A stretch of DNA of 64,000 bases from Histomonas meleagridis 2922-C6/04-290x (Eukaryota; Protista; Parabasalia). The translations under genes were made by a program, and so were the position numbers. The DNA lies in the NCBI GenBank assembly GCA_020184695.1, contig JAANOX010000205.1:1-64000 (forward strand), written 5' to 3'. Positions 35,685-47,448 of the stretch are shown here, piece after piece. The notes under the pieces were generated by a model. It made no database searches and was not told the origin of the DNA. It saw only the letters and a program-made list of their open reading frames with translations. How positions within the stretch are numbered: the stretch's first letter is position 1; each line of letters begins with the position of its first letter.

Positions 35685-36599
35685 AAATACAAAATTAATC
35701 TGTTTAATATTATTCAAAATTCAAAATTTTTAATTATTTGATAAATATCACTGATAATGAAATTCTTGAACAGTATAATGAATTTTCATTCAAAAAATAA
35801 AAAATTTCTGGAGTACTCTCAAATTCTTCTTTCACATTTTTATACGAATTACTCAGCATTTTTTGATCTTAAACATATTAATCTTTATCACAATTTCATT
35901 TGGTTCCAATATTTTATAAAATATCATTTTTTTATGATAGTTGATAAATTATTACATTTTTTAAAATTAAAACTTAAACATTATTTTAACGATGTATTTC
36001 TAAATCTACAACACATATAATTTTCAATATACTTGAGTTATATTATATTTATTTAAACTACCAAAATTATTGATTTTGTTTGATTTAATATGCTAAATAA
36101 TTTTTAAATCAATTTTAAGCCAAAAGAATCATACTAAAAATCGTCTTACACTTTTTAGTTCTTATACCGGTTATTATGCCCACCTTCATAAAAACAAAAT
36201 TTAAAATAGAAATACCTTCAAAACAGTCGAATGTGTTTAATTTTAATTATAAACATTATTCTTCATACAATTTATTGCAAAAATCATTAAAATCATAAAA
36301 ATCCGTTTGTAAAATTATAAAATTGCTGCGGCATAGTAAATTATAATCATGTCTTCTTTTCAAGCTAATAATATCCAACGTCCCAAAAATAATCAATAAT
36401 GTAAGTGCAAAACTACAAATTATTTTGATTTTTGTAGCTTTTTATAAAAAAGAAATGAACGTCAAAATAAATTAAAACTTTTTACAAAATGCTTAAAAAG
36501 TTTTTAAAGATAATTGTTTTTTTACAAAAATATATCCATCTAAATTTGAGTTGATAATTTTGCAGTTGATCAAATCCCAAATTTGATTGTAACAATTAA

Positions 36600-37300
36600 T
36601 CTGGGAAATTCAGATTACTTTTTTGTTTAGTTTAATTGCAATACATTGAAGTTGCGCCATCTCTCCTAAAGTTTCTAAACCCTTCGCGACTGATTTACTT
36701 AATGAGTTAAATGCTACAACAAAAGTTCAATTATGTCAGCATTAAGTTATCAAATATTAATGTTATACCAAACACATAAAATTATGATGAAATGTTGGTT
36801 AGTTTTTTACCAGAAATTGTGCAGTATTAAAAGAACATGGTTCAAAAGCACGTGAAGCGTCACCGAATGTATAATTTCATACAACTAGGACAATCATTAA
36901 CACCATACATATCTGTTGGTATAGCATCAAATTCAAGTAATTTTGAAAGTGATACAATTGATTGTATAAATTGAAAATATTAATCCTGAAGACAATTTTG
37001 TTTGATATGTTTCAATGCTACTTATCCTACATCAGAAGTATTTCGTAGTGCGTTCCAATTATAGAAAACATTAATTTCTCGATTACCGCAATTTATTGAA
37101 TCTTCACAACTTGGCAATATGATAATACATTGGAATTAACTCTAGTAAAATGATAATTGGAAAATTAAAAGTAATGGCCATAAATTAATAGATCAGTATA
37201 TATCAATGTTTTGCGTAGAGAAAGTTACTAAATGTTTCCCAAGAGACTTTTACTTAACGCAAATCAAGAAGTTAATTAGAATTCAAGACGCTTAACTGAT
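36600..37300 (+). mobile_element. Possible highly degenerate hAT-like transposase remnant
   Basis: Coding-like composition without an ORF; YPTSEVF..AF near 37020 resembles the hAT dimerisation P.SxAxxERxFS motif. Weak. Confidence 0.25.
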
Positions 37301-38302
37301 AAAAAAGATGAAATGCAAAGTTCCGATGATAATAACATCGAGTTATATATAGATATGATGGAGATGTACATGATTCAAATGACCCACGAAAATTGTACAA
37401 CGAATAATAAAACAACCACAGAATCTAGAGGACGAAGGACTCGAATTCGACAAAAGATGTAACATGTATTGAAAGAAGTGCTGAAGAAAAATCAAAAAAT
37501 GAAAAATGATGACAACGAAAGTGATGAATCAGATGGAGTAAGTGAAAGAGCAGAACATATTAAGAAGAGAAAATTGAAACAAAGAACAACAAAAGAAAAG
37601 TATTGAGAGCACATTTGTTTTATGTAACAATCCGTCCACACATTCCACTTACTGAACTAATTTTTTAACTTAATAAAACTTAATTTTAATTTTTGAATCA
37701 ACACTTAATTATTTAATTTTATTGCATTTAATGAATGCCATTCATTAACGATAGATTCAACTTCCATCCGAAATTAAAAATGGTTTTATAACTTTTTCAG
37801 CATTTTGTTTAATTTCCCACTTTTTGAATGCACACGATCAGTTTACATTAGAACAGAGCTTCAAACAATCCACCATTACTTTTTCTCTGGGTTGTTTTGA
37901 TTAACTTTTTTGATACAGATAAATTTCTTTTTGGGTTGTCTATTAAATGTTTATACTCGATTGGAAAAAATTCATGCATAAGAAATTTGATAATAATTTC
38001 CAGAGATTATAAATTAAAGATATTTTTAGATATCTTTTGAATGCATTATATAGCTATTGATATAAAAGTCAATTTATGATTATAATATACATACAGATGA
38101 TCAAGAGGTTCACACTTTTTAAGGTGCATAAATTTCAACTTTTTGACAAAAAACCAAATATCTCGTGTCGATTATAACCGTTTTTCGCACAAATTACAAC
38201 CGTTTAATATTCGACAACAAAATGACTTTGACTCAAATATCGCCTGGCAAATCAGTTGAATATAAAAATTTTTGCCAATTTTCTTGAATCATCAGATAAA
38301 TA

Positions 38303-40486
38303 ATGCATAATTTCATCAGAAAATCACATTTAGTATCCATTATGTATGATGCCATTGGTTGGAGTATAGTTGGAAAAGATTTTCAATCAGATCATATTTA
38401 TCGAAATAAATCGAAAAATATTCTTGATTTATTTGATGAACTTATCCCAAGATCATTTCAATTGTATCAGATTGTTTTAATAATATTCAACTTTTTAATT
38501 TTTTTGATTTTAGTAATTTCATTTTATATGATTTTTCTATTTCGAAATAAGAAAATTCTTTTTGATACAATTATTTTTCATATTTTTCATTATTATCTGT
38601 TTCAAATTCAAAAAAATCAAAAAATGTTTAAAACAATCAAAATATCTATAAAACGAAGTGAACATCGAAATATATTTTATTTCGTTATTTTAATAATATT
38701 TATTAAACATAGTTATGAAGTATATAATTCTAATACACAAACACTGACTATTACAGATTCAACAGATTTTTCACTTGTTTCACAATATACAATTAAGCAT
38801 ATTATCATTACATCACCTATTAACGAAATTCCATCAAGTGCATTTTCTAATTTAGAGACATTAATTTCTGTTGAAATGAGCGACACAGTTACAACAATTG
38901 GTTCAAATGCATTTTATTCATGTTCAAATTTAACACAGATTATTCTTAGTCAAAATATTAAAACAATTGATACATTTACATTTTCAGGATGTTCATCATT
39001 AAAACAAATTACAATTCCAGATTTAGTTACAAGTATTGATCGATCAGCATTTCATAATTGTACATCATTAACAACGATTCACATTGGTACAAATTTAGAA
39101 ACAATTGAAGATACAGCATTTCAATATTGTCAATCATTACGAAACATTACACTATTGTCAATAATAACGATTGGACCGAATTCATTTCAACATTGTTCAA
39201 GTTTAGAAACAGTTATTTTTGGTGATAAATTAAAAACTATTGAAGATTTTGCATTTTCAAGATGCATTTCATTAATTAATATCACACTTCCATCATCAGT
39301 TACAACGATTGGAACTAATCCATTTAGTTCATGTACAAAACTTCAAAATATTCAATTTGCATCATCTAATTCAGCATTTGGTAATTATAATGATGATGGA
39401 ATTCTTTATGATAAAAATATTATAACAATTATCTCATATCCGATTGGGAAAGAAATTGAAACATTTGAAATTCCAAATACAGTTATAACTATTGGAATTT
39501 ATTCATTTTATTTATGTTCGAAATTAAGAACAGTTTTTCTTTGTGAAAATATCGAAAGTATTGAAAGTAATGGATTTTCTGAATGTAACAATCTTCAATG
39601 CATTTATTTTTATGGTAAAACAGAACCAAATATTCAAGCAACATCATTTTCTAATATTAACACAAAATATGTTATGACAATGGATTCATATTCAAGTACA
39701 ACATTTGGCAGATTAAGTGTATCTAAAGGAATGATTATTGATGGATGCGCACCGTTTCCAACAAATACACTCACAGATTCAAAAACATATACGCAATCAA
39801 ATACTTATTCAAATTCGAATACATATACTCAATCGCATACATTCACACAATCAAACACATATACAAATTCGAATACATATAATAAGTCAAATACATTTCC
39901 ACAATCAAATACTTATTCAAATTCGAATACTTTTAATATATCATTAACATTCACACAATCGAACTCATTCACAAATTCGAATACATTTACAAATTCTCGA
40001 ACATTTACTTCTTCATTTCCATTTGGTGCAACTGTAACACATTCTATCATATTTACATTTTATTTCACGATCACGCAAACGCTTACTCTACATTCAGAAG
40101 TATCAATCATTGTATCTCTTTCTTTAATTAATTCTTTATATATTTATATAACAACAAATTCCATAATTTATAAATATGTTAATTTTCATTACACTTCAAG
40201 TATAACATTTTATTCTGACTTTTATACCATTTTATTCCTCACAGAAAATCAACGAAATAACACAATCAAAACAGGAGAATTAATTGGCATCATATGCGGC
40301 GCTGTTTTTGCTGTTATTTTGATCATTGGTATTATAATATTTTTGGTGCGCAGGAAGAAAAATCAAAATATTTCAACAAATTCAAAAGATAAAAAACAAA
40401 AATTAAGTGACGATAAAACAATTCAAGAAGTTGTTGATGATAATATCGAAAAAAACGTATTGAATGATGCTGATCAATGGATTTAA
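38303..40486 (+). CDS. BspA-like LRR surface protein, copy 3 (intact, different TM/tail)
   Basis: 727-aa ORF with LRRs nearly identical to copies 1 and 2, an S/T/N stalk, TM LIGIICGAVFAVILIIGIIIFLV and tail ending DADQWI. Confidence 0.92.
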   Translation: MHNFIRKSHLVSIMYDAIGWSIVGKDFQSDHIYRNKSKNILDLFDELIPRSFQLYQIVLIIFNFLIFLILVISFYMIFLFRNKKILFDTIIFHIFHYYLFQIQKNQKMFKTIKISIKRSEHRNIFYFVILIIFIKHSYEVYNSNTQTLTITDSTDFSLVSQYTIKHIIITSPINEIPSSAFSNLETLISVEMSDTVTTIGSNAFYSCSNLTQIILSQNIKTIDTFTFSGCSSLKQITIPDLVTSIDRSAFHNCTSLTTIHIGTNLETIEDTAFQYCQSLRNITLLSIITIGPNSFQHCSSLETVIFGDKLKTIEDFAFSRCISLINITLPSSVTTIGTNPFSSCTKLQNIQFASSNSAFGNYNDDGILYDKNIITIISYPIGKEIETFEIPNTVITIGIYSFYLCSKLRTVFLCENIESIESNGFSECNNLQCIYFYGKTEPNIQATSFSNINTKYVMTMDSYSSTTFGRLSVSKGMIIDGCAPFPTNTLTDSKTYTQSNTYSNSNTYTQSHTFTQSNTYTNSNTYNKSNTFPQSNTYSNSNTFNISLTFTQSNSFTNSNTFTNSRTFTSSFPFGATVTHSIIFTFYFTITQTLTLHSEVSIIVSLSLINSLYIYITTNSIIYKYVNFHYTSSITFYSDFYTILFLTENQRNNTIKTGELIGIICGAVFAVILIIGIIIFLVRRKKNQNISTNSKDKKQKLSDDKTIQEVVDDNIEKNVLNDADQWI

Positions 40487-41282
40487 TCGATAAAAAAAAT
40501 TTAATGATTTTTGTTTTTGTTTAAAAGATACAAAAAACAAATTAAATCCAAATCATATTCATGTAAAATTAAAAATATTTTGTTAAAAATAAATTATTGT
40601 GTTCCAACAATATCAAAAAATCAATTCAATATCATCTATAATAAAAGAAAAGATGATTAAACTTACACTTCTTTTATATATTTGCTCTTTATGAATAAAT
40701 TATTTAATTCAAGTTATAAGCTTCCAACGTTTGATATAAAAATGAATGATTAATAATTTATATAAATTTCTTCTTTTTATACACGGAGGTTGTCATATTC
40801 CAATCCTGAAAAAAATTAATGATATCCAATAGAAATGCTAATATATTTTCCAAGATATAAAAAAAACCTGATTAAAATTTCAATTTTTTTGTTTACACAC
40901 TGTTTTTATTTAATAGAAGGTTATCTATTAAAATATTACTGAAGTATTATTTTTATCATTTTCTATACCAAAAATGAAAAGGATTTAATATTATATAAAT
41001 AAACTTTTAGTAAGCAAATAATTATATGATTTGACCTAAAATTTTTTTTGGTTATCCTATTATTCTTGAAATGATCCATTCCTTGCATAATTTATGCATG
41101 AAATTTTGTCACTTATTGATCTATTCAAAGAGCGCTTTTTTCATTAAATTTTAAAGTTAATTGAATGAACGGAATTTATGAAACGATTAAAAGGTATTGA
41201 AATTGCCATTACAACAAAATGACAAGAAACCACTTTTTATTTAAAAGTCAATTCAAAGCTTTACGATATTAAAACTTGGGCG

Positions 41283-41867
41283 ATGGCTCAAAAAAATCAA
41301 AATCCCCAACTTGACTACAAAATTACTGTTTTTGGTATGGGTACTGTCGGGAAGTCGTGTATGCTTATTCAATTTATACACGGATATTTTGAAACAGAAT
41401 ATGACCCAACGATTGAAGATAATTATAAAAAGGCAGTAAAGGTAAATGATAGAACAATAATGCTTCATTTATTTGATACGGCTGGGCAAGATAATGTTAA
41501 AGCGCTTGTAGATCGCTATGTTAACTTATCTGATGGATTTTTGCTCGTATACGCAGTTAATGAAGTCATGTCGTTTGAAAAAATAGAGGAATTTTATGAC
41601 ACTATTGTTCAGGTCAAGGGTGAGGGAGAAAAAAATATTGTTCTATGCGGAAATAAATGTGACTTAAAGGAACAACGTCAAGTTTCAACAAAAGAAGGGG
41701 AAGAATTTGCACAGTTCATGAAGGCATCTTTCTTTGAAACATCAGCTCTCACAGGTCAGAATGTCGAAAATGCATTTGTTGAAATAGCCAAAATGATTTA
41801 TAACAAAAGAGAAAAAAATGCCTCCAAGCCACCAGAACCACCAAGAAGAAGGTGCGTCCTTCTTTAA
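41283..41867 (+). CDS. Ras/Rap-family small GTPase
   Basis: GMGTVGKS, YDPTIED, DTAGQ, NKCDL, ETSA and CaaX CVLL. Confidence 0.93.
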   Translation: MAQKNQNPQLDYKITVFGMGTVGKSCMLIQFIHGYFETEYDPTIEDNYKKAVKVNDRTIMLHLFDTAGQDNVKALVDRYVNLSDGFLLVYAVNEVMSFEKIEEFYDTIVQVKGEGEKNIVLCGNKCDLKEQRQVSTKEGEEFAQFMKASFFETSALTGQNVENAFVEIAKMIYNKREKNASKPPEPPRRRCVLL

Positions 41868-42156
41868 TAAAGATATCCAAGCTCTCAGTAAAATTCTTAA
41901 GATGAGATCTATCCATAAATTTTGTTATTTATAATAATATTATGGTGAGAAGTATATACTTTGGTGCTTGTGAATTCTTTCAAGATTATTTTGTTTGAGT
42001 ATATATTTTGTGAAATTTCTTAATTAGAAATTTTTGTTTTTCAATTAATTCATCCTTACTCTTTTAGACATATAGTTCCTAATTTTGAGCTATCAATTAG
42101 ATTACATATTGAAGATTTCGAATTTTAAATGAAAAAATAAGTAAACGGTTTCATTA

Positions 42157-42771
42157 ATGAGAAATTTTCCAAAACAAATTCCAGCCATTGCATTTTGGAT
42201 TGCTTTTATTGCTCCTTCAACAGGTGTTTTACATTCCTTGTTAATGCACAATTTTGATCAGATAGATGATACAAAAATCCCATTATTATCATTTTTATTA
42301 CAGAATACAACTTCATATAATTTTATTAAATTTTGTAATGTATTGGGTGTATTTTCAATGTGTGTCATTGAGATATATTTTTTCCTTTTTTTAAATAGTT
42401 TTAAAAACAAACTTAATGTAGGATTTTATCAACTTACTTCTTTTTTCTTTATAATTCTATCTACATTTTCTCTTACAACATTAACTTTTATATCACATGA
42501 TCAGAATGTAAAATTATGGGAAATTACCGCTTTATGTTATTTTATTTCCTCAATTGCATTCCATTCTATATTTGAAATTTTCATGTCAAAGCTTCGAAAA
42601 GCACAAACAATATCAAAAATCATAACAATTGCAACTGTAATAAGCATTATTATGTCAATTATGTTATACCCAGCTGCAAAAGGAACCAAAAAATCAATCC
42701 AGATTGTTGCATTTTTTGAGCTCATTGCATTTCTTTTAATACATTTTAAATATATTGTTGTTGTTATTTAA
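42157..42771 (+). CDS. Multi-pass membrane protein (possibly Frag1/DRAM/Sfk1-like)
   Basis: About six hydrophobic helices; AACGGTT-TCATT promoter directly before the ATG; family call tentative. Confidence 0.55.
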   Translation: MRNFPKQIPAIAFWIAFIAPSTGVLHSLLMHNFDQIDDTKIPLLSFLLQNTTSYNFIKFCNVLGVFSMCVIEIYFFLFLNSFKNKLNVGFYQLTSFFFIILSTFSLTTLTFISHDQNVKLWEITALCYFISSIAFHSIFEIFMSKLRKAQTISKIITIATVISIIMSIMLYPAAKGTKKSIQIVAFFELIAFLLIHFKYIVVVI

Positions 42772-42925
42772 AAATGTGGGGATGCTTTGAGATTTTTTTA
42801 AAGTTAGAGATTTGAAATTTGATTAACTTATTTTTTTTCTCCTAAAAGCGAAAATAAATTATTTTAATTGTGTGTTTCGTTTATTTTTTTATTTTATAAG
42901 TATAAATTCAAAATAAAACAATTGT

Positions 42926-43306
42926 TTAATTATCAACATCAAAATTTTGGCAAAGATCTCGTAACTGGAGCTTTATTTTAGCTATGTTAACGATGTAGTG
43001 AAGACATTTTTCGAACTCTGTTTGAATATTTGTTAAACATGTATCAGTTACTCCTAAAACGACATAATGATTTGGATTAGTCCCTACCTCTGATTGCGTT
43101 GTAAAAAGTCGACGTGTTTCTTGTGATGGACTTATTAATAATTCCGGACAAACAATTCCTGTTGATCTTCTAGCTGTTTGTGCTTCTTCAAGATAACCAT
43201 CAACGATTGAAGATTGAAGCGAAGACATAGCTCTTGCGTATTCTTGTAAAGTATCAAGTAATTGTAAAATTTTTTTATTTTCTTCTTGAAGTTGTTCCTC
43301 AGACAT
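42926..43306 (-). CDS. Vma22/CCDC115-like V-ATPase assembly factor (tentative)
   Basis: LLDTLQEY...LQSSIVDGYLEEAQ and NPNHYVVLGV...LTNIQTEFEKCL resemble the two conserved Vma22 blocks. Confidence 0.5.
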   Translation of the reverse strand: MSEEQLQEENKKILQLLDTLQEYARAMSSLQSSIVDGYLEEAQTARRSTGIVCPELLISPSQETRRLFTTQSEVGTNPNHYVVLGVTDTCLTNIQTEFEKCLHYIVNIAKIKLQLRDLCQNFDVDN

Positions 43307-43421
43307 TTTTTGATCGTCAAAAAAACTTCCGTCTCATGACTTTTTCAAATGAAATAATTATGTCAAATAAATGTATTAAAAACTTTATGTCAACTTATCA
43401 TTCTCAACAACAAACCAAAAC

Positions 43422-43742
43422 ATGGATCAACAAGTTCAAGCCCTTCTCGAAGCTGAACGCAAAGCCAAAGACATAATACAGCAAGCCAGAGCCGAACGCG
43501 ATGCTATTATGCGTCAAGCACAAGCCGATGCACAAACTCAGATAAAAGAAATATCAGAAGGCTATGAAAAGAAACTTCAAGACCTCGATTCCAAGATCCA
43601 AAAAGAGATATCTGAAGCCACCATTAAGATGGAGACCGAAACCAAGCAAGAGTTAGAAGAATTCCAAAAAAATTTAGATTCCAAACTTGAAGAAGTTTGT
43701 GCTTTACTTGTTAAAGGCGTCGTCACAATCCCTGATCAATAA
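43422..43742 (+). CDS. V-type ATPase subunit G
   Basis: 106 aa; VQALLEAERKAKDIIQQAR...MRQAQADAQ matches the Vma10/ATP6V1G N-terminus. Confidence 0.8.
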   Translation: MDQQVQALLEAERKAKDIIQQARAERDAIMRQAQADAQTQIKEISEGYEKKLQDLDSKIQKEISEATIKMETETKQELEEFQKNLDSKLEEVCALLVKGVVTIPDQ

Positions 43743-43793
43743 ACACAACTCCTATTTTTTCAAGTTTTTTTTTGTTTATTATTCATTTTTACG

Positions 43794-44867
43794 TTAAAAC
43801 ATTGTTAAATTTCTCCTATTTCGACTTCTTATTTTTTGCCTCATTCGAATCCTTGCAGCCTTTTGCTGCCGCTTCATTTCCTCTATCTCGGCGGCATGGC
43901 GCGCTAACAATGCCATATATTCCGGATTATCTAATGGCTCAGGGAAATCGACTTTGAGTGGCTCATCTTTGCCTTGATCATAAGTGTCGTCGATCGTCGA
44001 CTCCTCTGCGGGTTGGTCGAATTCGATGATCAGTGAGTGCTCTAAGAGCTGCGCCGCTGATGGGCGAACTTCGGCTGGTAATAAGCAGAGGGTTATGAAA
44101 TCGGCAATTAATGAATCATTAACTTTTGATAATGCAACTGGTAACCCGCCGGAACTAACTTTGAGGTATATGGCGCCCATGTTGCTGCATTCAGAATACG
44201 GAGTTTCCCCAGTGACCATTTCTAATACGCATAAGCCAAACGACCATATGTCGGCTTTCGTCGTATATTTGCCTGTGTAAACTTCAGGGGCTGTATATGC
44301 TGGTGTGCCTAAACAGGATACCGCTTCGCCTGTTGGAATGGCTTTAGATAATCCAAAATCACCAATCTTGACAATACCTTCACTGGCATCAATAAAAAGA
44401 TTGTCACACTTGAGGTCGCGATGTATAACGGGTGGTTTGTGTGTATGCATATAATTAAGCCCTTCAAGAATTTGTTTACACCACTTGGCTATGACTGATC
44501 GTGTGGGTGTACGTACAACATCATTGACATAAGATCGGATGGTGCCATTAGTAAAGAATTCCGTAATGAAAACTAATACATTACGTTTTTTATCATTCCA
44601 TGCATCAAAAAGTCGTAAAATACGAGGGTGTGAAAGATCGGCCAAGAGCTTAATCTCATTGTATATTTGATTAGTTTCGACTTCGGAGAATCTGTCAAGA
44701 CGAATTTCATTCCATGCAACTTCAATACCTTCTTCTTGATCATATGCACGATATACAATTTTATATGACCCACTACCAATAACTTCGCAACGACGATATC
44801 GATTGTTAGGATCTCGTATTACGTCTCTTGGTTCTTTGTTGAAATTGTTGTGCATTATATCTGCCAC
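43794..44867 (-). CDS. WNK: WNK-family protein kinase
   Basis: GSGSYKIVY (Lys in subdomain I), VAWNE instead of VAIK, FITEFFTNG, IHRDLKCDNLF, KIGDFGLS. Confidence 0.92.
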   Translation of the reverse strand: MADIMHNNFNKEPRDVIRDPNNRYRRCEVIGSGSYKIVYRAYDQEEGIEVAWNEIRLDRFSEVETNQIYNEIKLLADLSHPRILRLFDAWNDKKRNVLVFITEFFTNGTIRSYVNDVVRTPTRSVIAKWCKQILEGLNYMHTHKPPVIHRDLKCDNLFIDASEGIVKIGDFGLSKAIPTGEAVSCLGTPAYTAPEVYTGKYTTKADIWSFGLCVLEMVTGETPYSECSNMGAIYLKVSSGGLPVALSKVNDSLIADFITLCLLPAEVRPSAAQLLEHSLIIEFDQPAEESTIDDTYDQGKDEPLKVDFPEPLDNPEYMALLARHAAEIEEMKRQQKAARIRMRQKIRSRNRRNLTMF

Positions 44868-44968
44868 TTTTCCAAGTATAGGGGCCGTTAAAACCGGTAA
44901 AGTACTTTTGACGATAGGAAATTGAGCAGTTTATATTTTTATTTACAAATTACCATAAAAAGGGCTGA

Positions 44969-46123
44969 ATGATTCCGCAAAATAGCAGTACACCTGCAAA
45001 CCAAACTACAAGAAGAGAACAGACCAATAATAATGTCTCGCCAACTTTACCTTATTCTTGGAAAAAATATGTCGAAGGAATTCACGGAACCCCACCATAT
45101 GAAAGAGCTCATCATTCATCAATAATTACAGATAATGATAAGTTATTTATTTTTGGTGGACATGATGCATCAGGAAATATTTTAAATGATCTTGCCATTT
45201 TTGATTTACAAAAAAATTGTTGGGATAATGCAAGTGTCAACAGATTCGTTACTATTAAGAATCGAAAACTTCAAGTTATTGATGCCTATTCTAAACAAAT
45301 ACATCTTAACTCATCACAAGAACTCTCAACTCCTCCATTAGGTCGTGCCTATCATACAGCTGTTTTTTCCAAACCCAACATGATAGTTGTTGGTGGGTAT
45401 CCCTCAGGTGTTGATTGTGATATCTATTTTCTAGATGTCATGACACTTACATGGTCCAAATTTAACATGGAAAACACTCCACCTGAAGTACGTACCTCAC
45501 GGTCACAACATTCTGCCTCTATGTGGAATGACAAAATGGTAGTTTTTGGAGGAATTCATGGTTCTACTCCCCTTAACTCATTAATTATCTTCGACACCAT
45601 TAAATTTAAATGGCTTGTGTTGCCTAATAACTTACCTCCGACATACGCGCACAGTAGTTTTGTTCGCGATGACATGTTATTTGTAATTGGCGGTTGTACT
45701 TCAAAAGGCAACAACAGTTTTATGGCGGTTTCGCTCAAAGACGGGACGACGTTAGCTACGTCCAATTATATCCCCAAGTTTAACTTGAATTCGCGCTTCC
45801 TTACTTCTGTTTATGATAAAGAAAGTGGACTTGTATACATATTTGGCGGATATTCAGTTAACGCAGATAATGAGGAAAACGGTTGTAATAATACTTTGTT
45901 TATTGTCGACATGAATAAGAAAAAAGAAAAATGTATAACTTCTTCAATGTTTATATCAAGCGAAGAATACCCTCCTCCAAGATGTGGACACTCAATGAAT
46001 TTATATAAAGGAAAATTAATAATGTTCGGAGGATGTGATCGATTACCATTGTTAAATGGCGAATGGGTATTTTGTGACTTCTCTCATTTCATTTGGGCTT
46101 TCGAACAAAACCAAGAAAATTAA
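44969..46123 (+). CDS. Kelch-repeat protein
   Basis: Repeated R..HS/T....L(F/V)IFGG motifs (about six blades). Confidence 0.9.
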   Translation: MIPQNSSTPANQTTRREQTNNNVSPTLPYSWKKYVEGIHGTPPYERAHHSSIITDNDKLFIFGGHDASGNILNDLAIFDLQKNCWDNASVNRFVTIKNRKLQVIDAYSKQIHLNSSQELSTPPLGRAYHTAVFSKPNMIVVGGYPSGVDCDIYFLDVMTLTWSKFNMENTPPEVRTSRSQHSASMWNDKMVVFGGIHGSTPLNSLIIFDTIKFKWLVLPNNLPPTYAHSSFVRDDMLFVIGGCTSKGNNSFMAVSLKDGTTLATSNYIPKFNLNSRFLTSVYDKESGLVYIFGGYSVNADNEENGCNNTLFIVDMNKKKEKCITSSMFISSEEYPPPRCGHSMNLYKGKLIMFGGCDRLPLLNGEWVFCDFSHFIWAFEQNQEN

Positions 46124-46238
46124 TTTTAGAGAATAAATATTTATGTAAATAAGAAATTTTTTTTTATTTATATTTCCACTATCTTCAAGTTGATCAATTA
46201 ATTGTGCTAAATCAAAATCGCCATTAACTTCTTCACCA

Positions 46239-46918
46239 TTACCATCTTTCGATTGATTCATATTTATGTAATTTAGATTGTTCTGAATCAGGATCATCTA
46301 ATGGATTCGATTGACCTGATATTAATTTTTGTACTAAGTTCGCAAATAATGCTTGTTGTAATAAGTCATGAACTTCTTCTTTATTATTTGGATTCTTCTT
46401 TAATGTATCTTTAAGTTTTTCTAATTTTTGTAATGAGATTTCTTCTGGATTACCATTAATAGCACTAATTAATGTTTCTAATTGTGAATGTGCTAATGTT
46501 GGATTTGATTTCATTAACATTGAGATATCTCCAACAAGATTAGATAACATTGATTTAACTGGATCTTTATAATTCTCATTAATATATTGTGCTAAATTCA
46601 TTAATATTTGTGGCGTTTCTTTAGCCTTTTCTTCATTATATTATATTGCTTAAGTTTATCAAACATAGTTAATAATGATGAAGATTTGATTTCTTCCGGT
46701 GGTATAAATTCGAGTCCTTTCTTAAATGATTCTTGTTCTTGTTGAATTCGTTGAGTAATTTTTTCAAGTTTATCAACAACGTCTTTATTATTAGGATCAT
46801 TACGATATTGTTCGAATAATTTCTTAAATTCATCAACATCTTCTTTAAGTGCATTAATGTTCTTTAATAATAATGGATGAATAGATTCATTCTCTGATTG
46901 CATAACATCGATAAACAT
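46239..46918 (-). CDS. Two tandem helical hypothetical ORFs (46918-46601 and 46601-46239) joined by TAATG
   Basis: The stop of the first ORF overlaps the ATG of the second by 1 nt; may be a broken longer gene extending to about 47270. Confidence 0.45.
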
Positions 46919-47448
46919 CTTCTCAATTTCCTTACATATCTAAGAAGTCAATAATTGTCAATTAGTTCGACTTTTTTACAAACTAAATGTTCTAACTCAT
47001 CAAAATACATATTTGGATCATTAAAAAGAAATTTCCAACTTTATATATCAGAGAACGAAGATGTTGTATAACAATTTTGTTCTCTCTTTAAATGAATACT
47101 GCAGTATAAACTGTTCGTATCTTCTGTGTCTCGATTTAATGACATATCTACGTTATGCAAGAATCTATGATCAATGGAAGTGAGAAACATTCGTAATTTA
47201 AATGGCGTTTGTGGGGTGGATAAGATAGTATTGATGTTATCGAAGAATCGGACTAAAAAATGTTTGTGCAAATTAAAATGTTCTTAAATAATTTTTTGTT
47301 ATACCATTTCGAGTTTAACCCAATCGAATAAATGATAGATAAAGAATGGGATATTTCATAAAATAATGTGAATTACATCTTAAAATATATTTTGTTTATA
47401 TTATATTTATAAAATGAGTGCGTTTCTATAGAAACATTTTGTTTATTA

